A DNA stretch of 63,935 nucleotides, filler included, from Reclinomonas americana ATCC 50394 (lineage: Eukaryota): the NCBI GenBank assembly GCA_048213135.1. It is 12 parts of 11 records of this genome, joined end to end, with 100 filler letters (N's around TTAATTAATTAA, not from the genome) between each part and the next. Parts side by side here need not be neighbours in the genome. Positions count along the whole stretch, not along the records: positions 25,350 to 31,219 come from PS016015.1; positions 31,320 to 41,925 come from PS016016.1; 10 more parts are not named here. One strand, written 5' to 3'. Shown piece after piece: positions 25,534 through 38,100 of the stretch (position 1 is the stretch's first letter; each line of letters begins with the position of its first letter). The notes below the pieces were generated by a model, which was not told the origin of the DNA, made no database searches, and saw only the letters and a program-made list of their open reading frames with translations. Made by a program: the position numbers and the translations under genes.

Positions 25534-25712
25534 CGTCTCCCTCCTAAATGTGCTTCCTGCGTCGTGCCTCGCCTCTGTGTGGTTGTACCCCTTTCTCCAG
25601 TGCTTGGCGCTCCCAATCTCACATGTTCTCTGCTCCCCCACTCCTCCTCCCCTCCTCTCTCTCTCCTCTCTCTCTCGCTCTGTCTGTCTGTCTCTTTCTC
25701 TCTCGCGGTCTG

Positions 25713-25744
<32 letters not shown>

Positions 25745-26484
25745 TGTCTCTCTCTCTCTCTCTGTCTATCTCTGTCTGTCTGTCGTCTCTTTCTCTCTCG
25801 CTGTCTGTCTCTCTCTTTCTCCCTGTCTCCTTCTCGTTTTCTCTCACTCTCTCTTTCTGTCTGTGTGTCTCTCTCTGTCGCTTTTTCTCGCACTCTACCT
25901 TCCTGTTGTATTTTTCATGGTTTCTCCCTCGCCTCACTCACCTCCTCCCTCGCAGAACAATGTGGTGCACCGCGACATCAAGCCGTCCAACGTGCTCCTC
26001 GATCACCGCTTCGAGCCATGTCTCGGTGACTTTGGAATTGCGCGGTCGATCGCCGGAGGCAAGGTCTGCTCTTCTCTTCTCTTCCGTCTCTTTCTCGCCC
26101 TCGCTCACTCTCTAATCTCCCAAGTCAACTCCCGCCGCCGGCACGCCCGACTACATGGACCCACTGGCCATGCGCGCGAGGCAACCCCTCCCAGAGCACG
26201 ACGTCTACAGCATGGGCGTCGTGTTGGTGCAGCTGGTCACCAGCAAACCCGTTGTGACGGTGGGCGAGTGGTCCCTCGCGTGGGATCGCTCGCCAGCCTC
26301 ACTGCGCGTGATGGAGCTGATGGACGGTGGAGTGGAGTGGACTCCGCGCATCGCTGAACCGATGTTCGAGCTCGGCATGCGGTGCATGAGCGTGCGACGA
26401 GACAGACCGACGGCACAAGAGGCACTCGATGTGATGCGCTCGGTGCGCGAGGCGTGTGGGCAGTTCACGCTGGTTGTTGATTGA
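23191..26484 (+). pseudogene. Ankyrin / Pro-Gln linker / coiled coil / Pelle-IRAK-like kinase, copy 1; apparent frameshift near 23305-23316
   Basis: Colinear with 26936-29941 but 2 nt shorter after KEM, giving TAG at 23311-23313. Downstream exons are open (GEGGQG, VAIK, HRDIKPSN, DFG, GTPDYMDP, DVYSMG). Confidence 0.7.
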
Positions 26485-26935
26485 ATTGAAGGCAACGGTT
26501 TTGAGAAGAGAGCAGTGCACTTCTGACGGTGGTCTACTTGGTCTCAATCTTGAAGAACCTCCTGTTCCCTTGCAAGAGTGTGATGTGTGAACGAGACAAG
26601 ACAGGGAGGAGACTGCGAGGAGGTCGAGACAGAAAGCGAATTCGAGAGTTTCTTGCAACTTTCAAGGGAGGAGGTGAGACAGGAGGCCACGGTGTGGTCC
26701 GTGAGCGACACTGGCACATGCGCGTGAAAGCATTGAGCATTGGACACGTCGCGAAGTCGAATGCGAAGGCATTGCAAATTTAAAGTTGATGCACTTGCCT
26801 GGTGATATCGAAGCTTGTGGCGTCTCGGGTGATTGGATTCGTTATCGAGTGCTCACTGCTAACGAGAGTGCGAGCTGGTCATCGAACTGTCCTGTCAAAG
26901 TCATGTTCGGGTTCGACGCCGGTTGTTTTTTAAGA

Positions 26936-29900
26936 ATGGGTGCAGCTCAGAGGAAAGCATGGCAGATGGCGAGTGATGGCGATGTGAATGCGCTGCGCAA
27001 GTTGGTGAAGAGCAAGGGCGCACAGACTCTGCTGAAGAGAGAGGAGATGAGTGGGGCTGGCTGGTCGGCATTTTACTATGCCGCTCAGCAAGGCCATCTC
27101 CCTGTGTTGGAGTACTTGTGGGAGGAGAGTGGTGTCGGGCCACAACTCACGCAAATGGTCGACTTCTTTGGCAACACGCCACTGATGATTGCTGCCACAG
27201 GGGGGCGTCTGCAAGTGGTGGAGTGGTTGCTTGCCGATGAGCGACGATGTCCGCCGAAGATGGTGCGATCTGTCACCAATGAGGGCTCCACTTATCCGGG
27301 GTCCACTGCACTGCATTATGCTGCCGTGAATGGCCACGAAGACGTTGTGCAACTCCTCGCCACTCGTTTCCCCGACCTCATTCCCATGGTCAACAAGAAG
27401 GGCAGGACGGCAGCTCAATGGGCACGCTACTACGGCAAGCAACAAGTGGCCGAGTTGCTAGAGCTCCTCGCTGCGCAGCCAGCACCACCTCAGCAACAAC
27501 AACAACAACAACAACAACAACAGCCACGACCTGCCCCTTCCCCTTCACCTCCTCCACCGCCGGCTCAACAAGGTGTGCTCACTATCGCTATTGTCGACGA
27601 TCTCTTCCTGCTCGCTCACTCTCCCGCCTCTTGTATCCATCGGTGACCACAGCACCGGCACGCCAGGTGAGTCTGGTGCGCTTCTACCGCATCTTGTAGG
27701 CCCCGCCTGATTCCCGTCTCTCATGCTCTTGTTCTCTATGTGCAGGCTTCTGCACCGGTGGCGCCAGCCGGTGATGATTCTACGCTGGGCCGCCAGCTCG
27801 CTGAGAAGGATGCGCTCAACGCCCAACTTCAGCGCGACCTCGCCGCAGCGCAGCAACAACAACGAGAGTGGGATCGGCAGCGACGAGAACATGAAAGCGC
27901 CGTGGCTCAGCTTCAACAAACAAACGCAGGGCTCCAGCAGAGCAAAGCCGAGGCGGAGCAGAGGAACGAGGAGCTGCGACAGGGCAGGGCCGACGAGGAA
28001 CGGAAGAATGTCCAACTGCAGCAAACCGTCTCGGAGGAGCAGCAGAGGAATGCCCACCTGCAGCGAACCATTACAGATCTCCAGCAACGCAGCGCAGAGG
28101 AGCAGCAGAGGAACGCGCAGTTGCAGCAAGGCAACACCCAGTTGCAAGCCGAACGGGATCGGGTCGTCTCTCTTTTGACTGTCGCTCTGCGTGACAAGGA
28201 CGACCTCGCCGCGCAGCTGCACGAGAAGGACCAACTCGTCTCCCAGTTGCGACAGGATCTCCTCCTCGCCCAAGGTCTGTCTCTTGCCCTCCTTCTTCCT
28301 GATGATGTGCTTCCATGTTCTGTTCTGTGTCCTTCGTTCTCTCCATTTCTCATTTCCATTGACTTCCGCAGTCGACACTGCCGTGCAGCGCTTCGAGTGG
28401 CCGGAAATTTTACTCGCCACCGACTCTTTCTCCCCCCGCCTCAAGGTCGGCGAGGGTGGCCAAGGTGCCGTGTTCATCTCCATCCTCCGTGAGATGCACG
28501 TGGCCATCAAGGTACTCGACCCCGATGCACCGTGGACGAGGGAGTCGTTCGAGAGTGAGGTCTGTGTGTCGCTGCCTCTTCTCTTTCTTCTCTCTCCTTC
28601 TCCTCATCCTTCTTTCCCATCCTCGCAGGTGACCACCCTCGGACGCCTGCGCGACCGCCGCATTGTGCCTCTTGTTGGCTACTCGGTGGGCGACGACAAG
28701 GCACGCTGTCTCGTGTACAAGGCCCTGCAGTGCGTGTTCATCTCTCTCTCCTTCTCCCTCTTCTCCATCATCGTCTCACTGAGGGAGCACACAGAATCCC
28801 CAACCTGGAAGATCTGTTGCTGCTGCCACGCGCCGGTCGTGCTCCTCTCACGGTTGTGCAGCGTGTGCAGATCGGCCTCGGGCTGGCCGAGGCCGTGGTG
28901 TTCTTGCACAAGGTCAGCTGGAAGAGAACACCTTTCTGCATCTTTCATTCTTCCTCTGAGGCAGCCTTGCTCTCTTTGCTTGCACTACTTTCTCTCCTGT
29001 CGCTCACTTTGCCGTGTTCGACGCTCCCTGCCTCTCGCTCCTTTTCTATCTCTCTCTCTCTTTTCGTCTCCTTCCTAATGTGCTTCGTGCGTCGTGCCTC
29101 GCCTCTCTGTGTTTGTACTCCTTTCTCCAGTGCTTGACGCTCCCAATCTCACATGTTCTCTACTCCCCCACTTCTCCTCTCCCTCTCTCTCTCCCTCTCT
29201 CTCGCGCTCTGTCTGTCTGTCTCTTTCTCTCTCGCGGTCTGTCTCTCTCTCTCTGTCTCTCTCTTTGTCTATCTCTGTCTCTTTCTCTCTCGCTGTCTGT
29301 CTCTGTCTCTGTCTGTCTCTCTCTCTCTCTCTACCTTCCTGTTGTATTTTTCATGGTTTCTCCCTCGCCTCACTCACGTCCTCCCTCGCAGAATAATGTC
29401 GTGCACCGCGACATCAAGCCCTCCAACGTGCTTCTCGATCACCGCTACGAACCCTGTCTCGGTGACTTTGGCATTGCGCGGTCGATCGCCGGGGGCAAGG
29501 TCTGCTCTTTTTCTCTCCTCTCTCTCTCTTCTCGCCCCCACTCACCTTCTCTCGTCTCCCAAGTCAACTCCCGCCGCCGGCACGCCCGACTACATGGACC
29601 CACTGGCCATGCGCGCGAGGCACCCCCTCCCGGAGCACGACGTCTACAGCATGGGTGTGGTGCTGGTGCAGCTGGTCACCAGCAAACCAGTGGTGACGGT
29701 GGGCGAGTGGTCCCTCGCGTGGGATCGCTCTAGATCTCCTGCCTCACTGCGCGTGATGGAGTTGGTGGATTCCAGCGAAGGAGTGGAGTGGACTCCACGC
29801 ATCGCTGAACCGATGTTCGAGCTTGGCATGCGGTGCATGAGCCTTCGACGCGATATCGATCGACCGACAGCGCAGGAGGCACTCGATGTGATGCGCTCGG

Positions 29901-29941
29901 TTCGCGAGGCGTGTGGGCAGTTCACGCTGGTTATTGATTGA
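26936..29941 (+). CDS. Ankyrin / Pro-Gln linker / coiled coil / Pelle-IRAK-like Ser/Thr kinase, copy 2 (intact)
   Basis: About 4-5 ankyrin repeats (GNTPLMIAA, STALHYAAVNGH), poly-Q/P linker, Gln-rich coiled coil, and kinase RFEWPEILLATDSFS..KVGEGGQGAVF, VAIK, HRDIKPSNVLL, DFG, DVYSMGVVL, split by short GT-AG introns. Confidence 0.88.
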
Positions 29942-31711
29942 ATTGAAGGCAATGGTTGTGAGCCGAGAGTGGTGCCCGCTGGCGACTGTTTTCTTGGTCT
30001 CGATATCAACGTCGCGACTTCGATCGACACTCCCTCCCCGTTCCTCCTGCTCCTTCACGCTGAAAATCACCAAGCACCCACGTCACTACCTACACTTGCA
30101 ACGTCATAACTGCCGCTCCTCCCATCCACGAAACGTCGCCTCCACACAGGACACTCGCCACTCNNNNNNNNNNNNNNNNNNNNNNNNNNNNNNNNNNNNN
30201 NNNNNNNNNNNNNNNNNNNNNNNNNNNNNNNNNNNNNNNNNNNNNNNNNNNNNNNNNNNNNNNNNNNNNNNNNNNNNNNNNNNNNNNNNNNNNNNNNNNN
30301 NNNNNNNNNNNNNNNNNNNNNNNNNNNNNNNNNNNNNNNNNNNNNNNNNNNNNNNNNNNNNNNNNNNNNNNNNNNNNNNNNNNNNNNNNNNNNNNNNNNN
30401 NNNNNNNNNNNNNNNNNNNNNNNNNNNNNNNNNNNNNNNNNNNNNNNNNNNNNNNNNNNNNNNNNNNNNNNNNNNNNNNNNNNNNNNNNNNNNNNNNNNN
30501 NNNNNNNNNNNNNNNNNNNNNNNNNNNNNNNNNNNNNNNNNNNNNNNNNNNNNNNNNNNNNNNNNNNNNNNNNNNNNNNNNNNNNNNNNNNNNNNNNNNN
30601 NNNNNNNNNNNNNNNNNNNNNNNNNNNNNNNNNNNNNNNNNNNNNNNNNNNNNNNNNNNNNNNNNNNNNNNNNNNNNNNNNNNNNNNNNNNNNNNNNNNN
30701 NNNNNNNNNNNNNNNNNNNNNNNNNNNNNNNNNNNNNNNNNNNNNNNNNNNNNNNNNNNNNNNNNNNNNNNNNNNNNNNNNNNNNNNNNNNNNNNNNNNN
30801 NNNNNNNNNNNNNNNNNNNNNNNNNNNNNNNNNNNNNNNNNNNNNNNNNNNNNNNNNNNNNNNNNNNNNNNNNNNNNNNNNNNNNNNNNNNNNNNNNNNN
30901 NNNNNNNNNNNNNNNNNNNNNNNNNNNNNNNNNNNNNNNNNNNNNNNNNNNNNNNNNNNNNNNNNNNNNNNNNNNNNNNNNNNNNNNNNNNNNNNNNNNN
31001 NNNNNNNNNNNNNNNNNNNNNNNNNNNNNNNNNNNNNNNNNNNNNNNNNNNNNNNNNNNNNNNNNNNNNNNNNNNNNNNNNNNNNNNNNNNNNNNNNNNN
31101 GGACCGTCTGTGTGTGTCAAAGTGCGTGAGAGAGAGGCAGGGGGACAGACAAGAGGAGAGAGAGAGAGTAACGATGTAGTCGTCATCTTGGGAGCACTCA
31201 AAGCGCGGAGTGATCATTTNNNNNNNNNNNNNNNNNNNNNNNNNNNNNNNNNNNNNNNNNNNNTTAATTAATTAANNNNNNNNNNNNNNNNNNNNNNNNN
31301 NNNNNNNNNNNNNNNNNNNTTTTGTATCTTTCCCTTTGCTCTTGCTCCCCTCATTTCCCCCTGCTCTCGCTGTACCGTTTTCCCTGACTCTCCCTGTCCC
31401 CTTTCCCCCTGCGCTCTCTATCCACGTCCCCCCAGCTCTCTCTATCCACTTTCCCCTCTGCTCTCATTATCTCCTTTCGTATTGACACTGCGCCCCCGGT
31501 CTCCTTTCCCCCTGCTCTCCCTGTACCCTTCCCTTTGCTCTCTTTCTGTATCATTCCGCCCCTTCTCTCCTTGCCCCCCGTTCCCCCTGCGCTGTGTGTC
31601 CTCTTTCCCCGTGCGCTCTCTCTTGTGTGTCATTTCCCCCTGCTCTCTCTGTCCACATTTCCCTGCACCCCCTGTCCCCTTTCCCCCTTCGCTCTCTCTC
31701 TCTCCGCCATG

Positions 31712-31743
<32 letters not shown>

Positions 31744-32314
31744 ATGTGTTTATCTCTTTCCCCTTTCGCTCTCTGTACCCTTCCCCTTACTCTTCCTGTC
31801 CCCTTTCCCCCTTGCTCTCTCTGTGTCAGTTCCCCCTGCGCTCTCTATCTCCTCCTCGCCCCCTGTCCACTGCTCCGTGCTCTCGTTATCTCCTTTCGTA
31901 TTGCCACTGCGCTCCCTGTCTCCTTTCCCCCTGCTCTCCCTGCCCCATTTCCCCTTGCTCTCTCAGTGTCATTTCCCAGTGTCCGCGCTATCCTTTCCCA
32001 TTGCTCTTGCTCCCCTCATTTCCCCCTGCTCTCGCTGTACCGTTTTCCCTTGCGCTTCCTGTCTCGTTTCCCACTGCGTTCTCTATCCACTTCCCCCTTG
32101 CGCTGTCTGTCCCGTTTCCCCTTGCTCTCCCCCTTCTCTCACCTTCCTTCCCCTTCCATTCCTCTTCCCCTTCTCCCTTCCCTCCATATGCTTTCCCGTT
32201 TATACCACATTCTCCTTCCCTCCTTGTCTTCCCCTTCTCCTTTCCCCCTGCGCTCATCATCTCCTCTCCCTTGTTCTCATCCTGTTCATGGTGCTGATTT
32301 GTTGTGGAGTTCAG

Positions 32315-32557
32315 GTGCTTCTTGGCGGGCATTCGTACGGCTTCAATCAGCTGTACAGTGGGTATCTGCAGAGCATGGAGGCGGAGATGGTGCGGGAGGC
32401 GGGCATCGTCGTGGCGGAGGCGGAGGAGGTGGAGGTGGCGGAGCGCAAGGTGATGCGGAGGCAGGCGGAGGATGAGAAGTTTGATGCGGATCATTATATG
32501 TTGCGTAGCAAGGAAGGGGAAGGGAGAAGGGGGAAGGGGGGAGGGGATAGGGGAGGA

Positions 32558-32642
<85 letters not shown>

Positions 32643-34553
32643 NNNNNNNNNNNNNNNNNNNNNNNNNNNNNNNNNNNNNNNNNNNNNNNNNNNNNNNNNN
32701 NNNNNNNNNNNNNNNNNNNNNNNNNNNNNNNNNNNNNNNNNNNNNNNNNNNNNNNNNNNNNNNNNNNNNNNNNNNNNNNNNNNNNNNNNNNNNNNNNNNN
32801 NNNNNNNNNNNNNNNNNNNNNNNNNNNNNNNNNNNNNNNNNNNNNNNNNNNNNNNNNNNNNNNNNNNNNNNNNNNNNNNNNNNNNNNNNNNNNNNNNNNN
32901 NNNNNNNNNNNNNNNNNNNNNNNNNNNNNNNNNNNNNNNNNNNNNNNNNNNNNNNNNNNNNNNNNNNNNNNNNNNNNNNNNNNNNNNNNNNNNNNNNNNN
33001 NNNNNNNNNNNNNNNNNNNNNNNNNNNNNNNNNNNNNNNNNNNNNNNNNNNNNNNNNNNNNNNNNNNNNNNNNNNNNNNNNNNNNNNNNNNNNNNNNNNN
33101 NNNNNNNNNNNNNNNNNNNNNNNNNNNNNNNNNNNNNNNNNNNNNNNNNNNNNNNNNNNNNNNNNNNNNNNNNNNNNNNNNNNNNNNNNNNNNNNNNNNN
33201 NNNNNNNNNNNNNNNNNNNNNNNNNNNNNNNNNNNNNNNNNNNNNNNNNNNNNNNNNNNNNNNNNNNNNNNNNNNNNNNNNNNNNNNNNNNNNNNNNNNN
33301 NNNNNNNNNNNNNNNNNNNNNNNNNNNNNNNNNNNNNNNNNNNNNNNNNNNNNNNNNNNNNNNNNNNNNNNNNNNNNNNNNNNNNNNNNNNNNNNNNNNN
33401 NNNNNNNNNNNNNNNNNNNNNNNNNNNNNNNNAGAGGCCAAGAGGCTGCAGCGCGCGGCCGGCGCCGGCGCCGCCGCCGCCGCCGAGAGCGACGAAAGTG
33501 CCGATCCCGACACCCGATACGCCGCGACATTTCCGTGGACCGAGCCGGAGACCAACACCATGTTGGCGCTGCCGAAAAAAGAATGTGCGTGCGCTCGCGT
33601 GCTTTCCTCTTTTTCTCCTGCTCCTTCTCACTCGCGCGCGCGCACACGCAGTCCTCGTGGAGAACCCGCGCGTCCTGTACGTGGGCCTGGTGGATCTGCT
33701 CTTCGCCTACTGCTACAACCACCGCGTCACCGGCGGCGAGAACACGGTCGAGTCGGCGTGGACCATTTGTACGCTGTCGTCGACGCTGTCGTGGTTGGAT
33801 GTTGCGTGTGATCGCGCCTCGACGTGGTCCCTCGGGTCGTTGGGGAGCAACTGACGATATGCGTGCCAGGTGTTCTCCGACGTGGAGGAGTGCGTGGTCA
33901 GCTGCTTCCGACGAGCACTCTCCTATCCGTTGTATCGGCATTTCGGCTTGTGTGAGACGGTGAGCAGAAGAAGGAGTGTGGGGCGGTTTGGAGACGATGC
34001 CATAATTATGCATTTGTGCAGGTGCTCCGTGACGTGGCGACTGTGCTTTCGCTCGGACTGCCAAGGTGAGTCCCATTGGGAAGTTTCAGCGTGATGAAAG
34101 GTGACAGCGCATGATGTGAAGGGATGGTGAGAAGAGGGAGAAGAGGGGGAGAGACGTCGTCAGCCGCTATTGTTCTTCACGGCTTGCTTTGTTTTGGATC
34201 CCACTCTGTGCTGCGCCAGCGTCCTGCGATGTCTGCTGGAGATTCGCTACATTTTCGAGCACTCGGAGCCGCGCTACATTCTCAACAAGCTCTACATTGA
34301 CGACTACTGCATTTGGATACAATCGCTGCGGTTTGTGTACAGTGGCGCACACTTCAAGTGGCAAGGGCCTTATCTCTCCCTCTCCTCCCACAGGTCCGGA
34401 AGTCTCAGACCGCTGCTGGAGCGAGTAGAGGCGTGTCACGTGAGCAAGGAGAGCATCGAGTGGCCGTTGGAGGCACTCGAATCGATTGCGGCAGAGGGAG
34501 GTGGAGAGGAGGAGGAGGAGGATATAGAGGAGCAGGACATAGAGGAGCGATGA
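32315..34553 (+). CDS. SHQ1: H/ACA RNP assembly factor SHQ1 (5' part in gap)
   Basis: YGFNQLYSG, EDEKFDADHYM, GLVDLLFAYCYNHRVTGGENTVESAWTICTLSSTLSWLD, RRALSYPLYRHF, RYILNKLYIDDYCIWIQ. Confidence 0.93.
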
Positions 34554-35127
34554 GGCGGTAAAAAGCGTTTGTAGACTGGCAAGGGTGATGAGGGAGTCTG
34601 TTGATGAGTGCACTGGTTGCGAGTGAGAAAGAGAGAGAATGAGAAGAAGGCAATTATAGGCTACAATATTGTGCCTCAAGAGCGAGAAAGTAATACTCAT
34701 GCTTGATGTTGCCGCTGAGTGAACGATGACGCCTCAGGGCGGCTAGAATTCTTTTACCTCGTGCAGCTGCATTATGGCCCCAATTTCAACCATTTTCATT
34801 CGTCTAGCTCCTCCTCCTCCTGTGACAACAACATCAACAGTTAGCCACATGAAGACAGGACTCATGCAGAGTCCAATTTGTCACAACTCAAGGCAACTGC
34901 TCTTCAGCGTCCCTCTTTGTGATCTGGGTTTCTTTTGTCTACTTCTTCTCCGACGAGATGTCTATGCATGCGCTGCTTGTCCAGTGAAACCTCTTCCCCT
35001 CTCCCCTCCTCTTGCTGCCACTCACTCCCACTCCCTCGCCACGCACCGTTGCAGGCATGTCATCGTCCATCCACGGCTGTGTCTTGCTCTCCACATCCAG
35101 CTCCTCCTCCACCTTGAATTGCTTGTT

Positions 35128-38100
35128 CTACATGTCTTCCTCCTCCTCCTCCTCCTCCTCCTCCTCCTCCTCCTCCTCCTCCTCTTTCTTCACCACCTCC
35201 ATCTTCACCGGCTTCTCGTCACCCAGCACTGCATCATGCGCGTCAGTAATGATGCTGGCACGACATGCCGTAAAGCCAGTTGCTCTCAGATTGTCGTATT
35301 TAAAGCACTCACCGGCACGCGCAATCTCCGCCTTTGAAAGACAACCGTCTCGAAGCAGAGTGGTCAGCAGGCCAGGGCAGGTGCGGAGCAGATGCATGGC
35401 CTGCGTGACAAATGGCAGAAGAACATTCGGCACGGTGCTCGTCCTTGTCGACTTTGCTGACTCCTGCCAGAGTACGCAAAGTGAACAAGCTAGCATCGAT
35501 TCACAGAACCACACATCCAGGAGACATGCCTCACAGTAGCCGCAATCGTCGATGACAATCAGTGGTCTCTCGACAGCATCCACGAGCTCAGCTCCTCGAA
35601 GACCACTCTTCTGATGATCCCGCATATAATGAACTCAAGTCAATGTCACGATCGGAGGCGACACAGAAACAACACACTGGCACTCACCTCGATGAAGTGG
35701 CTCACGCTCGCCAGTACACCCTCAACTGACTTGGGCGTCTCGCTGCGTGCCGTGCCGGCACTTTTGGCAAGACTCTTCCCAAATGTAGACATGACTGCGG
35801 ATGATGGACAGCCAGGTCCCTCCGACGGAATTGCGCATTCGTCACAGGCAAGCTGGAAGAGAACGCGCTGATGATGCAAGACTGTGGATCTCAGCACCAA
35901 GGGTGCCATGAGTCCGAATGCCTGCACCAGAACCCTCTTCCTGTTGCAGCGCTGCTCCCAAGTGTGGTGGGTGAGTGGGGGCGAGCAGCAGAGCAGAGTG
36001 GTAACAACAACACGCAACTTGTAGTCTCGTGAGCATTAGCTGCTCGTTGATGCTCAACTTCGCAGGGCCACTCTTGTGGCGCTGCGTTGCGAACCATACA
36101 GTTTTGAAATGCACACATCATTCCCGTTCCCTAGATAGCAGCGACGGGCGTACCTTGTGCCTCCCACTTCCCTTCCCGTCGTCGTCCTCTCTCTCCTCTT
36201 TCTTCTCCTCTTTTCCCTCCTCTTTCTTCACCATCTCAATCTCCCTCAGAGCTGCCCATTGCTTGTCAGCACACGCTCACAATGTACAGCAAAGAATGTC
36301 ACGCAGCCAAACCTCGCTCACTGCACCACTCGGCGGCACGTTCAATCTCCGCCTCGGAAAGGAAACCGTCTCGAAGCAAAGTGGCCAACAGGTCAGGGCA
36401 GTTGTGGAGAGCCTGCATGACCAGTGTGACAAAGGGCAGGAGAGGATTTTGGTTGCCGTATCTCTGCATCAGCTTGGCTGATTCCTGCCACGCGAGAAAC
36501 GAGAAAGTGAGACAATATCATTGATACACAGCAACGCACACAATCACAGTCTGCATGCCTCCGAGTAGCCACGCTCGTCAATCGCAATCAATGGTCTCTC
36601 GACAGCGTCTACCAGCTCAGCTCCTCGAAGACCACTTTTCTGATGATCCCGCATACATTGAACTCAAGTCAGTCACCAGAATGTCACAATCGGGGGCGAC
36701 ACAGAAACAGCAAACTGACACTCACTTCGATGAACTTGCTCACGCTCGCCAGCACACCCTCAACTGACTTGGGCGGCTTGTTGCGTGAATTGCGGGCACC
36801 ATCGGCAAGACTCTTGACAAATGCAGACATGACAGCGGATGATGGACAGCCAGGTCCCTTTGAGGGTATTCCGCATTCGTCACAGGCAAGCTGGAAGAGA
36901 ACGCGCTGATGATGCAAGACTGTGGATCTCAGCACCAAGGGTGCCATGAGTCCGAATGCCTGCACCAGAACCCTCTTCCTGTTGCAGCGCTGCTCCCAAG
37001 GGTGGTGGGTGAGTGGGGGCGAGCAGCAGAGCAGAGAGGTAACAACAACACGCAACATGTAGTCTTGTGAGCATAAGTTGCTCGTTGACGCTCAACTTCG
37101 CAGAGCCACTCTTGTGGCGCTGCGTTGCGAACCATACAGGTTTGAAATGCACACATCATTCCCGTCTCATAGATAGGAGTGACGGCGTACCATGTGTCTT
37201 GTGTTTCCCTTCCCGTCGTCGTCCTCATTCTCGCTGCCGACATCATCATCCGCCTGCTCGTCCTCCTCTCTCTTCTCCTCCTTCTCCATCATCTTCAGCT
37301 CCCGCAGAGCTGTCCCTTGCCAGTCAGCGCTTGTCCACAATGTGCAGCTATGCAGCCTCACACCCAAACCTCGCACACTGCACCACTCGACGGCTCCTGC
37401 AATCTCCGCCTCGGACAGACAACCGTCTCGAAGCAGAGTAACCAGCAGGCCAGGACAGTTGTGGAGAGCCTGCATGGCCAGTGTGACGAACGGCAGGAGA
37501 GGATTTTGGTTGCCGTATCTCTGCATCAGCTTGGCTGATTCCTGCCACCCGAGAAACGAGAAAGGGAGTCAATCATCATCGGCACACAACAGCACACAAT
37601 CATGTCCACAAGCCTCCGAGAAGCCACGTTCGTCAATCACAATCATTGGCCTCTCAACAGCATTCACAAGCTCAGCTCCTCGAAGTCCGCTTCTCTGATG
37701 ATTACATACACATTCGTGTCAAGTCAGCAAGCAGGCAAGTCACTGTTGAATGAAAAACAAAGTGAACACAGAGACACTCACCTCGATGACGTTGCTCACG
37801 CTCGCCAGCACACCCTCCACTGACTTGGACGTCGTGCCGCGTGCCGTGCCGGCACTATTGGCAAGACTCTTGCCGAATGCATACATGACTGCGGATGACG
37901 GGCAGCCAGGTCCCTTCGATGGCATTCCGCATTCGTCGCAAGCAAGCTGGCAGAGAGTGCGCTGGTGGTGGAGGACTGTGGATGGCAGCACCACGGGCGC
38001 CATAAGGCCGAATGCCTTCACCATCATCCTCTTCTTGTTGCAACCCTGCTCCGAGACGAGGTGAGTAGATGGGAGTGGCAGCATTGTCAGTGACATACAT

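Noticed and set aside
31320..32300. Long low-complexity ORFs rich in L/S/P/F or R/E/G (also 52060-53382, 20596-21507, 25376-26029)
   Set aside because: They are translations of CT- or GA-rich intronic sequence, and ORFs spanning N-runs are artefacts.
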